IMG/VR virus record: IMGVR_UViG_3300043427_003288
Length of the DNA: 64,000 nucleotides
Strand: one strand, 5' to 3'
DNA from: an uncultured virus (IMG/VR IMGVR_UViG_3300043427_003288)
Lineage: Duplodnaviria; Heunggongvirae; Uroviricota; Caudoviricetes
The position numbers and the translations under genes are program-made. Each line of letters opens with the position of its first letter. Within the stretch, counting starts at the first letter, position 1. Below the pieces are notes generated by a model that ran no database searches, had not been told where the DNA came from, and worked only from the letters and a program-made list of their open reading frames with translations. Positions 49,890 through 59,061 of the stretch are shown here, piece by piece.

Positions 49890-50830
49890 TTAATGAATAT
49901 GTAGAATATTGTCTCTTCAATGAGTTTGACACAAGAAGAGTCAATTTGCCAAAAGACCCATCAAACTGCCATTTATTTAAAAACGAAGTTCAGTTTAAAA
50001 TCGAAAATAATACTCTCTCAATAGAAAGAAAAAGCGATTTTATTGATGGCTTTAGACTTTGGTTTTTTGAGAACTTTACTTCTCAAGTATTAAATTCAAA
50101 AGCTTTACCAAATCTTAATTTCAAAGCAATAGTTTCTTTAGGCGATGGGCCAGAAAATGACTCTACAGAAACCAGACTCTGCTTTGCAAGAGAGCGGCAA
50201 AGCCCGCATGTTTGTATTCCAGACGCTCATCTAGAAAGGCTTTTGTCTATCTGCAATGATTTTTTGCCTAAATGGGATATTCCTTTCTCAGAAAAAATAA
50301 ACAAAGCATGTTTTTTTGGATCAGATACTGGAAGAAAGGCTAAAGACGGATCTATCCAAAGAATTAGATTTTGCGAACTTCACAAAGACAGCGAGCTTGT
50401 GGATGCAAAAATCACAGCTTTTGTTCAAGGTTCGATTCAGCCTTCTGTTCACGCAAGCCCAGTCAACATCCAAGAACAACTTAAATATAAGTTTATATTT
50501 AATATTAACGGCAACACAACATCTTGGGAGAGGTTGATTTGGGCCATGAATTCAAATTCAATTTGTATTTTTATTAAGCCTCCACGCTATCAAGATGAGC
50601 TATCTTGGTATTATCATATTTTCGATATCTTCCGTCCGTTTCCAGAAGTTGATGAGTTTGGCGCCGAAAACTTTCTTACCAGCCTCGCCAAGAATAAATA
50701 TTTGCTAGAAGATATTAAAAATCAGCAAAAAATCTTTGGGAAAACTCTTGCCAACGTCAATTTGCATGCTCAATACTACTCCTCAGTACTGTTAAACTAT
50801 CATTACCTGTACAATGGATTACTCAAATAA
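49886..50830 (+). CDS. glycosyltransferase family 90 (CAP10-like)
   Basis: W..K..KACFFGSDTG, QLKYKFIFNINGNTTSWERL.W.M.SNS. Confidence 0.7.
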   Translation: MINEYVEYCLFNEFDTRRVNLPKDPSNCHLFKNEVQFKIENNTLSIERKSDFIDGFRLWFFENFTSQVLNSKALPNLNFKAIVSLGDGPENDSTETRLCFARERQSPHVCIPDAHLERLLSICNDFLPKWDIPFSEKINKACFFGSDTGRKAKDGSIQRIRFCELHKDSELVDAKITAFVQGSIQPSVHASPVNIQEQLKYKFIFNINGNTTSWERLIWAMNSNSICIFIKPPRYQDELSWYYHIFDIFRPFPEVDEFGAENFLTSLAKNKYLLEDIKNQQKIFGKTLANVNLHAQYYSSVLLNYHYLYNGLLK

Positions 50831-51443
50831 AGTTCAATTAATAGGTGTTTATGGAGATGATATGACCCATGCATGCTCTGCTTGGACATCGACCAGCAGA
50901 GAAGTGACCGAAGAAAAGAAGGGTCGAGTCGAAAATCTTCTAAAGATGCTGGCTGACAACGGCCACCATACGCCTTTCGAAAAGTCCTCTCTTCACTTTC
51001 TCGTCGATACTGATATCGCATCTCATATTCATTTGATTAAGCATAGAGTTGGAGTCTCGGTAAATGGAGAGTCCGCAAGATACAAAGAGCTTAAAGAGGA
51101 TAAGTTTTTAATTCCAAACGATTGGCCTGATAGCTGGAAAGAGATTTTGCAGACGCATACAGAAAGAGGGCTGGATCTTTATCACAAATGCATTGATGAC
51201 TTGGTTCAAAACCATGGCTTTAATCGCAAAAGAGCCAAAGAGTCAGCAAGATTTTTTAGAGGCTACAATACGCAAATTACTGCTGATGTGATGTTTAACT
51301 GGCGCTCTTTTTATCACTTTCTAAATCTTAGAAACAAGCCAGATGCCCAGAAAGAGATCCGAGAGCTTGCCGCCGAGATGCTTGTGCTTGTCGCTAATAC
51401 CAATAAGTTTCCACTTACCATCAAGGCTTTTGGCCTAGCTTGA
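50814..51443 (+). CDS. thyX: FAD-dependent thymidylate synthase
   Basis: GHHTPFE, KHR..S.NGESARY, ESAR, NWRS..HFL.LR....AQ.EIR. Confidence 0.92.
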   Translation: MDYSNKVQLIGVYGDDMTHACSAWTSTSREVTEEKKGRVENLLKMLADNGHHTPFEKSSLHFLVDTDIASHIHLIKHRVGVSVNGESARYKELKEDKFLIPNDWPDSWKEILQTHTERGLDLYHKCIDDLVQNHGFNRKRAKESARFFRGYNTQITADVMFNWRSFYHFLNLRNKPDAQKEIRELAAEMLVLVANTNKFPLTIKAFGLA

Positions 51444-51451
51444 TCATAATA

Positions 51452-51458
51452 GTGTAAA
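51452..51458 (+). promoter_or_regulatory. GTGTAAA motif, putative late promoter
   Basis: Begins 14 nt before GTG 51466. Confidence 0.55.
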
Positions 51459-51465
51459 CTATTAT

Positions 51466-51900
51466 GTGATAACTCCCGAATTAATCAGCCTGTTTGGTGG
51501 CGCCATAACAGGCTTTATATTTAGAATTATTGCGTTAAAAGCAGAGGAAAGCAAGAATCGCTTTGATCGCATGATGAGTGCGATTGATAAGCATGACAAA
51601 TCTGCTGACAAAGCGGCAAATAGAGATGCTGATTTTGGCAAGGTTATCAGACGGATGATTGTGATGTCTGTCATATTCTCTATTGTAATATCACCATTTG
51701 TGATGGCGTTACTCGGAATCCCAACTTACTTAGAGGTAAGTTATCAAGATGGCGGCGGAATGTTTGGCCTACTTGCCGATAAAACCAAAACTGCTTTCGT
51801 TGAAATTTCTGGTAATTTAATTACCACTGAGATAAGGCAGTGCCTAATCGCAATTACTGGATTTTATTTCGGTTCTGCCGCAGCAGCAAATAAGTCATAA
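51466..51900 (+). CDS. holin-like membrane protein
   Basis: Three hydrophobic segments and a terminal GFYFGS motif typical of 3-TM holins. Confidence 0.55.
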   Translation: MITPELISLFGGAITGFIFRIIALKAEESKNRFDRMMSAIDKHDKSADKAANRDADFGKVIRRMIVMSVIFSIVISPFVMALLGIPTYLEVSYQDGGGMFGLLADKTKTAFVEISGNLITTEIRQCLIAITGFYFGSAAAANKS

Positions 51901-51904
51901 CCTC

Positions 51905-51933
51905 TTGACAAGGTTAGCCTGATTCGCTAGGAG
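51905..51933 (+). promoter_or_regulatory. sigma70-like promoter, leaderless geometry
   Basis: TTGACA-N17-TAGGAG-N6-GTG. Confidence 0.5.
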
Positions 51934-51939
51934 TAGTTT

Positions 51940-52269
51940 GTGAAAGAGAAAATCAATCGACACAAGATTATTAAAAATCTAGTGGATGTTCCAGATCAGG
52001 CTCCAAAAGCCTTTTGGCAAAAGGAGATGGTCTTGCTCAAGAAGCTGGAAAAGCGTTTTGGTATTGACTTTTTAAATCAGTTAAAAGTCGAATCAAAGGT
52101 TCCAACAGTCGCGTTTTATTTTGCGCCTTGGAAGCTTAAACTGCTTGAAATCGAGTTCAAGGAGTATTACTATAATCGCCTTCACAAAGAAGATCTTGCC
52201 AGCGAGCAAAAGATTGGCAAAGATGCAAAGGTATCCCGAAAGAAAACAATCAAAGAATTTTTAACATGA
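51940..52269 (+). CDS. hypothetical protein
   Basis: 109-aa ORF coupled to recA by ATGA. Confidence 0.7.
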   Translation: MKEKINRHKIIKNLVDVPDQAPKAFWQKEMVLLKKLEKRFGIDFLNQLKVESKVPTVAFYFAPWKLKLLEIEFKEYYYNRLHKEDLASEQKIGKDAKVSRKKTIKEFLT

Positions 52270-53426
52270 GCCGTAAACCAAAAGAAGAAGAAAAGCAAGA
52301 CGCCGTATCATCCAAGAGTGTTCTTGGCTCCTTTCTAAAGGAAAAGAAGGAAGATCATTATAATTTTGAAGAGGCTGTAAACTATCGAGTTTCTACGGGC
52401 TCTTTGAATATGGACATGCAAACTGGTGGCGGTCTTGGACCGGGTTTGCATAGATTCGTAGGCTTTACCGAAGGCGGTAAAACGTCCGCATCTCTTGAGG
52501 TAATGAAGAACTTCCTCAACACAGTGCCAAACTCAAAAGGCTTTTATATCAAAGCCGAAGGACGACTGTCAGACGAGATGAGAACTCGCTCTGGCGTAAA
52601 GTTCGTGTTTGATGCTGACGAATGGGAGGCTGGAACTTGCTTTGTTTTTGAGTCTAATATCTATGAGACCGTAGTAGATGCGATGCGAAAGCTGGTCATG
52701 TACAATGAGGAAAAGAATAAGTACATGTTTATTATTGATTCTGTAGATGGACTTATCGCTAAAAATGATCTAGATAAGACCTTTGAGGAATCGACGAAGG
52801 TTGCTGGTGGAGCAGTTATCGCTGCTAACCTTATGAAAAAGATTTCCATCGCCCTGACAAAGAGGGGCCATATGGCGATATTTATCTCTCAAGTAAGAAG
52901 CGATATCAAGCTTGACCCGTATAGTTCCGCGCCAATTCGTCAAACTTCTGCAACTGGCGGTAACGCCCTACTACACTTCGCCAACTTCATCTTTGAGTTT
53001 GAGCCTCGATTTGAAGGAGACATCATCCTAAAAGATCCTGCAATTAAAAAAGCAGACCCAGTAAAGAATCCAATCATTGGTCACTACTGCAAGATTTATA
53101 TCAAGAAGAGTCCAAATGAAAAGAGTAAAAATCGCGTTTCTTATCCTATCAAATATGGAAGAAAAGACGGTCGCTCTGTTTGGCTAGAAAAAGAAATCGT
53201 TGATATGCTAATGACTTGGGAGCTTATTTCCCGTTCTGGAGCTTGGTACTATACGTCTGACGAACTGCGAGAGCTTGCCAAAAAGTCAGGAACAGAGCTT
53301 CCAGAGAAGTTCCAAGGCGAAAATGCCGTTTTCCAATTCATCGAAAACGACGAAAAGCTCACAAAGATACTTCACAAATACTTTGTGGATATGATCGTTG
53401 GCAAAGATGAAATTCAAAACGCTTAA
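52266..53426 (+). CDS. recA: RecA/UvsX-like recombinase
   Basis: VSTGSL.MD...GGG, Walker A GFTEGGKT, IIDSV, IFISQVR, TGGNAL.HFA, SGAWY. Confidence 0.9.
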   Translation: MSRKPKEEEKQDAVSSKSVLGSFLKEKKEDHYNFEEAVNYRVSTGSLNMDMQTGGGLGPGLHRFVGFTEGGKTSASLEVMKNFLNTVPNSKGFYIKAEGRLSDEMRTRSGVKFVFDADEWEAGTCFVFESNIYETVVDAMRKLVMYNEEKNKYMFIIDSVDGLIAKNDLDKTFEESTKVAGGAVIAANLMKKISIALTKRGHMAIFISQVRSDIKLDPYSSAPIRQTSATGGNALLHFANFIFEFEPRFEGDIILKDPAIKKADPVKNPIIGHYCKIYIKKSPNEKSKNRVSYPIKYGRKDGRSVWLEKEIVDMLMTWELISRSGAWYYTSDELRELAKKSGTELPEKFQGENAVFQFIENDEKLTKILHKYFVDMIVGKDEIQNA

Positions 53427-53817
53427 TGGCAAAGAGCGCTTCCTGCGAAACGCAAGCAAGTATGCTATAAATTGGGAAGGCAAGTCTAAAAGTAACATAC
53501 AGAGAGCGGTAAAGGAATTTCTTTACCGCTACTGGCATAGAGATATCGTCTTTGAGGAGCTTAGAATTGTTGGAACAAGACTATCCTTGGATATTTATAA
53601 TGCAAATAAAAAGATTGCCGTGGAAGTTCAAGGCAGGCAGCACCAGACGTACAACCCATACTTTCATGGCAATGACCGCAGAAACTGGCTTTCTCAGCTA
53701 AAAAGGGACGACTTAAAGCTGAATTTCTGCTTGACAAATGGGATAACTCTGGTAGAAATCTACGAGACAGATCCTATCTGTAAAGAAACGTTCGAAAAAC
53801 AAGGCATCATCCTCTGA
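53407..53817 (+). CDS. PD-(D/E)xK endonuclease (Vsr/DUF559-like)
   Basis: LDIY.....IAVEVQGRQH..FH......KRD..K...C..NGITLVEI. Confidence 0.75.
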   Translation: MKFKTLNGKERFLRNASKYAINWEGKSKSNIQRAVKEFLYRYWHRDIVFEELRIVGTRLSLDIYNANKKIAVEVQGRQHQTYNPYFHGNDRRNWLSQLKRDDLKLNFCLTNGITLVEIYETDPICKETFEKQGIIL

Positions 53818-54074
53818 TGAAAAAATCTAATAAGGAGCTTCCACAAGAAGAGAAAGACTTTCTTTTCCCAACGGAACTAGTAGAACAAATCTATGAGCTT
53901 TCTGGAAACGCGGAAAGCCACAAAGGAGTTATTCTTTGTGTTCTTTCCCCTAAAGGCGTACCTCAAATTTATTCACGATACGACTCTATTGTTACTTCTC
54001 TTGGTATGCAAAAAGCCCTCGACAAATGGCTTGATCAAGAAGAAGAAAAGCTTGACACAAGCGACGAAGAATAA
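53817..54074 (+). CDS. hypothetical protein
   Basis: 85-aa ORF abutting the helicase gene. Confidence 0.65.
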   Translation: MKKSNKELPQEEKDFLFPTELVEQIYELSGNAESHKGVILCVLSPKGVPQIYSRYDSIVTSLGMQKALDKWLDQEEEKLDTSDEE

Positions 54075-54076
54075 AA

Positions 54077-55597
54077 ATGCTTTATTCACTAGAAGTAGAG
54101 CGGCAGTTCTTGGCTGGACTTATCCAGCATCCAGACGCCTATGCTGAAATCTGCGACTTCGTTTCCGAAGCCGACTTTTATTCTGATGATACCGTTGTTC
54201 ATAAAACGATTTACCATATCATTAGAAAATGTATCGAGGCTAATGAAAAAGTCGATGAGATAATTATTGCTCAAAGAATCAAAGAGATAGGAATCTCTTT
54301 CAAAGACAATATCGATATCTTTGATTATCTTAGGTCTCTCGCTATTAGAAAGACCAATAAGAATACTGCGGTTTCTGCTGCAAAAGAAATCAAAAGGTAT
54401 TCTATCAGAAGAGCGATTCACTCTTCTGCTTTAGATGTAGCAGATAAGATGAAGAAGATCGCGCCAGATTCTTCTTATCAAAAGATTATTGAAGAAGCTG
54501 ATGGAGCTTTTAATAAAATAATTAATATTTACGAAAACAATGAAGAAAAACCTATCAATATCTTTGATGAGATGGAGAGCGTCATCGAAGAGCGCGGAAA
54601 CAATCCAATTACTGAGTTTGGATTTATGGGTCCGTTTCCAACCGTTAATAAGATTTACGGCTCACTTCTCCGACCAGGTAATATTACCGTCATTGTCGCT
54701 AGGTCTGGCGTAGGCAAGACTCTTCTTGCTCTTAATTACACTACAAAGGTTTCAGCGCAGTACGATGTGCCGGTTCTTCATTTTGATAATGGAGAAATGA
54801 GTAAAGAAGAAGTCATTATGCGCCAATGCGCTGCATTGAGCCATGTTCCCATGCACTTGCTGGAAACAGGACTTTGGCGCAAGGCTGGTGAGGATGTAGT
54901 TCAAAGAGTTCGCTCTACTTGGGCCAAGATTAAGAATCTTAAGTTTTATTATTATAATGTTGGTGGCATGACCACTGACCAAATGATGAATAATCTTAAG
55001 CGTTTTTATTATTCAAAGATTGGTCGAGGCAATCCTTTAATTTTTAGTTTTGATTACATTAAGCCTTCAGCGGACGCAGAAAGCGGAAAGCCTGAATGGC
55101 AAGTAATTGGCGATATGCTTAATAGATTTAAAAAGACTATTCAGCGGGATATCGTACAAGATCAAAAGCCAATGATCACAATGTTCACTTCTATCCAGTC
55201 AAATAGAAGCGGCATTACAACAAACCGTAATTCTGACGCAATCAACGACGATGAGGGCATTGTATCTATGTCAGATAGAATTACGCATTATTGCTCGCAT
55301 ATGGCTATCTTACGGCCCAAGACAGCAGATGAGCGACAAGAGGAAGGCGTGATGTTCGGCTCCCATAAGCTTATCTTCGTAAAGAATCGCTTTCTAGGAT
55401 CGGATGTAGCTGGGGCTGTCGAACTTGTCAGAATGCAAGATGGCACTCTAAAGAAAAACTTCATCAACCTTCAATTTGAAAACTTTGACATTAAAGAACG
55501 CGGAGATTTAAGAGATATCGTTAATCAGGCAGATACCGGAGACACAACATTACAACGCGCAAATGAGCAGGATGATGTCCCAGACTTCAACAATTGA
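54077..55597 (+). CDS. dnaB: replicative DNA helicase
   Basis: N-domain SLEVERQFLAGL..DFY...H..IY; Walker A ARSGVGKT; EMS; FDYI; Q.NR; KNR. Confidence 0.92.
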   Translation: MLYSLEVERQFLAGLIQHPDAYAEICDFVSEADFYSDDTVVHKTIYHIIRKCIEANEKVDEIIIAQRIKEIGISFKDNIDIFDYLRSLAIRKTNKNTAVSAAKEIKRYSIRRAIHSSALDVADKMKKIAPDSSYQKIIEEADGAFNKIINIYENNEEKPINIFDEMESVIEERGNNPITEFGFMGPFPTVNKIYGSLLRPGNITVIVARSGVGKTLLALNYTTKVSAQYDVPVLHFDNGEMSKEEVIMRQCAALSHVPMHLLETGLWRKAGEDVVQRVRSTWAKIKNLKFYYYNVGGMTTDQMMNNLKRFYYSKIGRGNPLIFSFDYIKPSADAESGKPEWQVIGDMLNRFKKTIQRDIVQDQKPMITMFTSIQSNRSGITTNRNSDAINDDEGIVSMSDRITHYCSHMAILRPKTADERQEEGVMFGSHKLIFVKNRFLGSDVAGAVELVRMQDGTLKKNFINLQFENFDIKERGDLRDIVNQADTGDTTLQRANEQDDVPDFNN

Positions 55598-56657
55598 TCC
55601 GACTATCCTAAAGTCCTCTCTTGAGTCTTTAGGCTATCAATTGAAAGACTATGGCAGCTACTGGAGAACCAGAGCTATTTATCGCGGAGGAGATAATTCT
55701 ACCGCTTTAAAGATATATAAAAATAGTGGGGTGTGGACAGACTTTGCAGAGACGAGTTCAAGGAGCTATCCTTTTCAGAGGCTTGTTGAGCTTACTCTTG
55801 ACACCAAGGATTCACACATTGTAAATAAATATGTAAAATTTGACCCACAGAATATCATTCATGTAGAGGTCAGAGAAAAGATCGAAATGGAAAAGATATA
55901 CCCAGAAGAGTTATTAAATAATCTTTTGCCCGAGCTTTCTTTTTACAAGAAGAAGGGAATCAGCGATGATACCCTAAATTTTTATAAGTGTGGATATGCT
56001 ACTTCTGGACAGCTTTTCCGCCGCATAGTTTTTCCGATCTATAATCAGTTTGGTCAGATTCACGGCTTTTCTGGGAGAGCGGTCTTTTGGGATAAGAGTT
56101 CAGAGTATCCCAAATGGAAGCACGTAGGCAAGCGCGCCGATTGGGTTTATCCATTATACATCAAAAGAAATGGGCATGAAGAAATCAGAGAAGGAATAGA
56201 GAAAACAAAGACTGTCATTATCGTAGAAAGCGTTGGTGATAGTATGGCGCTTTTTGAGCGCGGCTTCAAAAACACAATTGTCACTTTTGGCCTTGGAGTT
56301 TCATCAAAGATTTGTTCTGCTCTTGTTGCCCTTGACCCAGATAAGATTATTATCGCTTCAAATAATGACCACGAAGGCGATATTAACCATGGGTTAATTT
56401 CTGCTTGCAAAAGCTATCTTCAATTACGGTCTATTTTTGATCCAGTTAAGCTTGAAATTAGACTTCCCGTTAAGAATGATTTTTTTGATATGCATGCTTC
56501 TGAGCTTGAAGGCGAAACTGGTCTTTTTGCCGAATGGGTGGACAAGCGAGTAAACCCAAAGCTTCAAGCTGAAAGCATCTACAAAATCGCAGTAGAAAAC
56601 AAGTTCTCTGAAACTCTGATTCAGAGGGCTTCTAAACTCCTAGAAGAATTTGTCTGA
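55563..56657 (+). CDS. dnaG: DNA primase (Toprim)
   Basis: RIVFPIYN..GQIHGFSGR, PKWKH, IIVESVGD.MAL, IIASNND; start may be 55572 or 55575. Confidence 0.85.
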   Translation: MSRMMSQTSTIDPTILKSSLESLGYQLKDYGSYWRTRAIYRGGDNSTALKIYKNSGVWTDFAETSSRSYPFQRLVELTLDTKDSHIVNKYVKFDPQNIIHVEVREKIEMEKIYPEELLNNLLPELSFYKKKGISDDTLNFYKCGYATSGQLFRRIVFPIYNQFGQIHGFSGRAVFWDKSSEYPKWKHVGKRADWVYPLYIKRNGHEEIREGIEKTKTVIIVESVGDSMALFERGFKNTIVTFGLGVSSKICSALVALDPDKIIIASNNDHEGDINHGLISACKSYLQLRSIFDPVKLEIRLPVKNDFFDMHASELEGETGLFAEWVDKRVNPKLQAESIYKIAVENKFSETLIQRASKLLEEFV

Positions 56658-57681
56658 CGTTAAACACACCGCTCTTTCTGCCAGTAGAATAAAGACCTTG
56701 GAAAAATGTAGTTGGTCTTACTGGTGCAATTATGTTTTAAAACTTCCTGAGAAGAGTAATGATGGAGCCAATAGAGGCAACGTCGTTCACTTTGTTTTAG
56801 ATGTTTTAGCGAAAGCTAAAAGAAAGGCTTATGTAAAGACTATCTTAAAAGAAAAAGATGTCTTTGTGATTCCTTCCGTTCGAAAGCTTATGCTTAGACA
56901 CGCTAGAGATCACGGTGTTTCAGATCCAGAGAATCTTGATCTGATTAAGCAGATGACCCTTACTGCTTTGGAGTATGACTTTTGGGGAGACTCAAAGCTA
57001 AAGCCTTTAAAGGATATCGGGGAAAGAGATTTCGACATTACGGTCAATAAGGGTAAAAAGAAATATAGAATCAAGGGATTCATCGACAGACAATTCATTT
57101 ACGAGGACTTTACTTCTGTTGTCCGAGACTACAAAACTAGCAAAGCTGTTTTTGCTGGAAAGGACGCCGAGGATAATTTGCAGCACTTGATGTATACCCT
57201 TGCAGCCAAAAAGCTAGACCCAGAACATGAAGTCTCGATGGAGTTCTTGTTTTTAAAGTTCTCTTTAAAAGACAAAACAAAGTCTGGGGGGCTTTTAAAG
57301 ATGGGCTCTTTGTCAAAGAAAGATTTGAGTGACTTTGAAAATCATCTTACAGAAGTGCAAAAAGTTGTGGATAATTTTACCGAAGCGGATGCATATTCAA
57401 ATTTTGCTGCTGATAAGCCAATGCCCTCAGATGGCTCATTCAGCGGCAAGCTTTCTTGTGGCTTTGCCAAGTATAAAGGCCAACTGAAAAAAGACGGCAA
57501 TCCAATGTGGCATTGTCCTTATAAGTTCGGTTTTAATTACTATGCCTTAAGAGACAAGGATAATAAAATAATTAAAACCTTTCTTGAAGAAGACAAAGAC
57601 GAAGCTTTTAAGTTAGCTAAGGAAGAAGAAAAAGTTACCAAAGAAACGTATCTTGGGTGTCCAAAGCACTTGACATCCTAG
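56650..57681 (+). CDS. PD-(D/E)xK exonuclease (RecB/AddB/Cas4-like)
   Basis: LSASRI...EKC, GFIDR, VRDYKTS, Q..MY, C-terminal cysteines. Confidence 0.85.
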   Translation: MSDVKHTALSASRIKTLEKCSWSYWCNYVLKLPEKSNDGANRGNVVHFVLDVLAKAKRKAYVKTILKEKDVFVIPSVRKLMLRHARDHGVSDPENLDLIKQMTLTALEYDFWGDSKLKPLKDIGERDFDITVNKGKKKYRIKGFIDRQFIYEDFTSVVRDYKTSKAVFAGKDAEDNLQHLMYTLAAKKLDPEHEVSMEFLFLKFSLKDKTKSGGLLKMGSLSKKDLSDFENHLTEVQKVVDNFTEADAYSNFAADKPMPSDGSFSGKLSCGFAKYKGQLKKDGNPMWHCPYKFGFNYYALRDKDNKIIKTFLEEDKDEAFKLAKEEEKVTKETYLGCPKHLTS

Positions 57682-57697
57682 CCATCCTTGGTAGGAT
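57670..57697 (+). promoter_or_regulatory. sigma70-like promoter with extended -10, leaderless geometry
   Basis: TTGACA-N16-TAGGAT (preceded by TGG)-N6-ATG 57704. Confidence 0.55.
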
Positions 57698-57703
57698 AGT
57701 GGT

Positions 57704-58438
57704 ATGATCCCACTATTCAAGTCCCACTTTTCCATAGGGAAAAGCATTCTGACTCTTGCGGAACCAGAGAAGCAAAAGAAAGATGGGCCAGACAGTATCA
57801 TATCAATAGCCTTAGACAATGGTCTAAAAGACCTCTACCTTGTAGAAGACTCTTTGACTGGATTCTTGACTGCTTTTAAAATTTGCCAAAAGCACAATTT
57901 AAATCTAAGGTTTGGCCTTAGAGTAAGTATTTGTAATGACTACCAATCGATTGAGACCTCTAAAAGCAAACTAGTACTTTTTGCCTTGAATGACCAAGGT
58001 TTTAAGGAGATCAATAAAATCTATACATTCGCCCATACAAAAAATGACGGGGTCATTTCAAATGATGATCTAGTTTCCAAACTCACCCAGAATATTTTTG
58101 TTTGCGTGCCATTTTACGATTCTTATGTTTGGAATAATTACCATTATTTTAATAATTGCACTCCCTTTTTTCTGGATAATATTGACCATGCTTATCTGTC
58201 GGAAAACAATAAACTTCCTTTTGACGAAATTATTTCGAAAGTAATCAAGTCTAAGGGCAAGCAAGTTATAGAAGCTAAATCAATCTACTATAAGAATAGA
58301 GAAGATTATGAGGCTTGGATCACATATAAAATTGCTTGTAGTGGAACAATGGGACGAAGCCGCACCTTATCAGCCCCAGACTTATCTGATTGCGGCAGCA
58401 AAGAGTTTTCATTCCAATCTTGGAAGGAGGCATCATGA
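57704..58438 (+). CDS. stand-alone PHP domain of DNA polymerase III alpha
   Basis: SHFS..SI..IALDNG..GF..F.....NL...FG..LVLFALNDQGFKEINKI matches the DnaE N-terminus; metal-binding His largely replaced. Confidence 0.75.
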   Translation: MIPLFKSHFSIGKSILTLAEPEKQKKDGPDSIISIALDNGLKDLYLVEDSLTGFLTAFKICQKHNLNLRFGLRVSICNDYQSIETSKSKLVLFALNDQGFKEINKIYTFAHTKNDGVISNDDLVSKLTQNIFVCVPFYDSYVWNNYHYFNNCTPFFLDNIDHAYLSENNKLPFDEIISKVIKSKGKQVIEAKSIYYKNREDYEAWITYKIACSGTMGRSRTLSAPDLSDCGSKEFSFQSWKEAS

Positions 58439-59061
58439 ACGATCTTTTAAGGCAGAAAATTAATCAGAAGTACGTTGTATTTGATACTGAAACCGAGGGG
58501 CTGTCTCTAACCGATTCTCGCCCTTGGCAGCTTTCTTGGATTGTATGCAAAGGAGAAGACATCATTGAACAATACGATGAGTTTGTTCACTACCCCGATC
58601 TAAATGTTTCTGCTGACGCAGCAAGAATTACAGGCTTTAACCATGTCAGTTATCTAGCCAAAGCCAAGCCTCCGCTGGATGTTTGGAAGATGTTTTCTAA
58701 GTTTCTGTACGATGAGAACTATATTCTTGTTGGTCAGAATATCTTGAATTACGATATTTATATTCTGAACACGATGATGCGGACTATTGGAATTCAGAAC
58801 AATTGGAGTTTCTTGCCGAGAATGCTGGACACAAGAGCATTGGCTACCGCAATGTTTAAAGATATTAAATATTCTGGAGATAGGCTTTCATGGCAAATGA
58901 AGCTTATGCACTTTAGAGAAAAGGGGTTAAAGACTAACCAAGCATTCCTTTTGAAACATTTTGGTATTGACCATGATCCTTCAAAGCTTCACAATGCCCT
59001 GTACGATATCACAATGAATTATAAGATTTTCCGCAAGCTTATTATGGGGGTAGAAGTATGA
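58435..59061 (+). CDS. dnaQ: DnaQ/DEDDh 3'-5' exonuclease (epsilon-like)
   Basis: VFDTETEGL, VGQNILNYD, LDT, HNALYD; AAGGAGG before ATG 58435. Confidence 0.88.
   Translation: MNDLLRQKINQKYVVFDTETEGLSLTDSRPWQLSWIVCKGEDIIEQYDEFVHYPDLNVSADAARITGFNHVSYLAKAKPPLDVWKMFSKFLYDENYILVGQNILNYDIYILNTMMRTIGIQNNWSFLPRMLDTRALATAMFKDIKYSGDRLSWQMKLMHFREKGLKTNQAFLLKHFGIDHDPSKLHNALYDITMNYKIFRKLIMGVEV

Noticed and set aside
53731..53758. Intragenic TTGACA promoter candidates (53731; also 61572)
   Set aside because: Weak -10 boxes and no 34-35 nt spacing to a start codon; cannot be told from chance
56650..57681. Cas4 as evidence of a CRISPR system
   Set aside because: No array or other cas genes; context is the replication/recombination module
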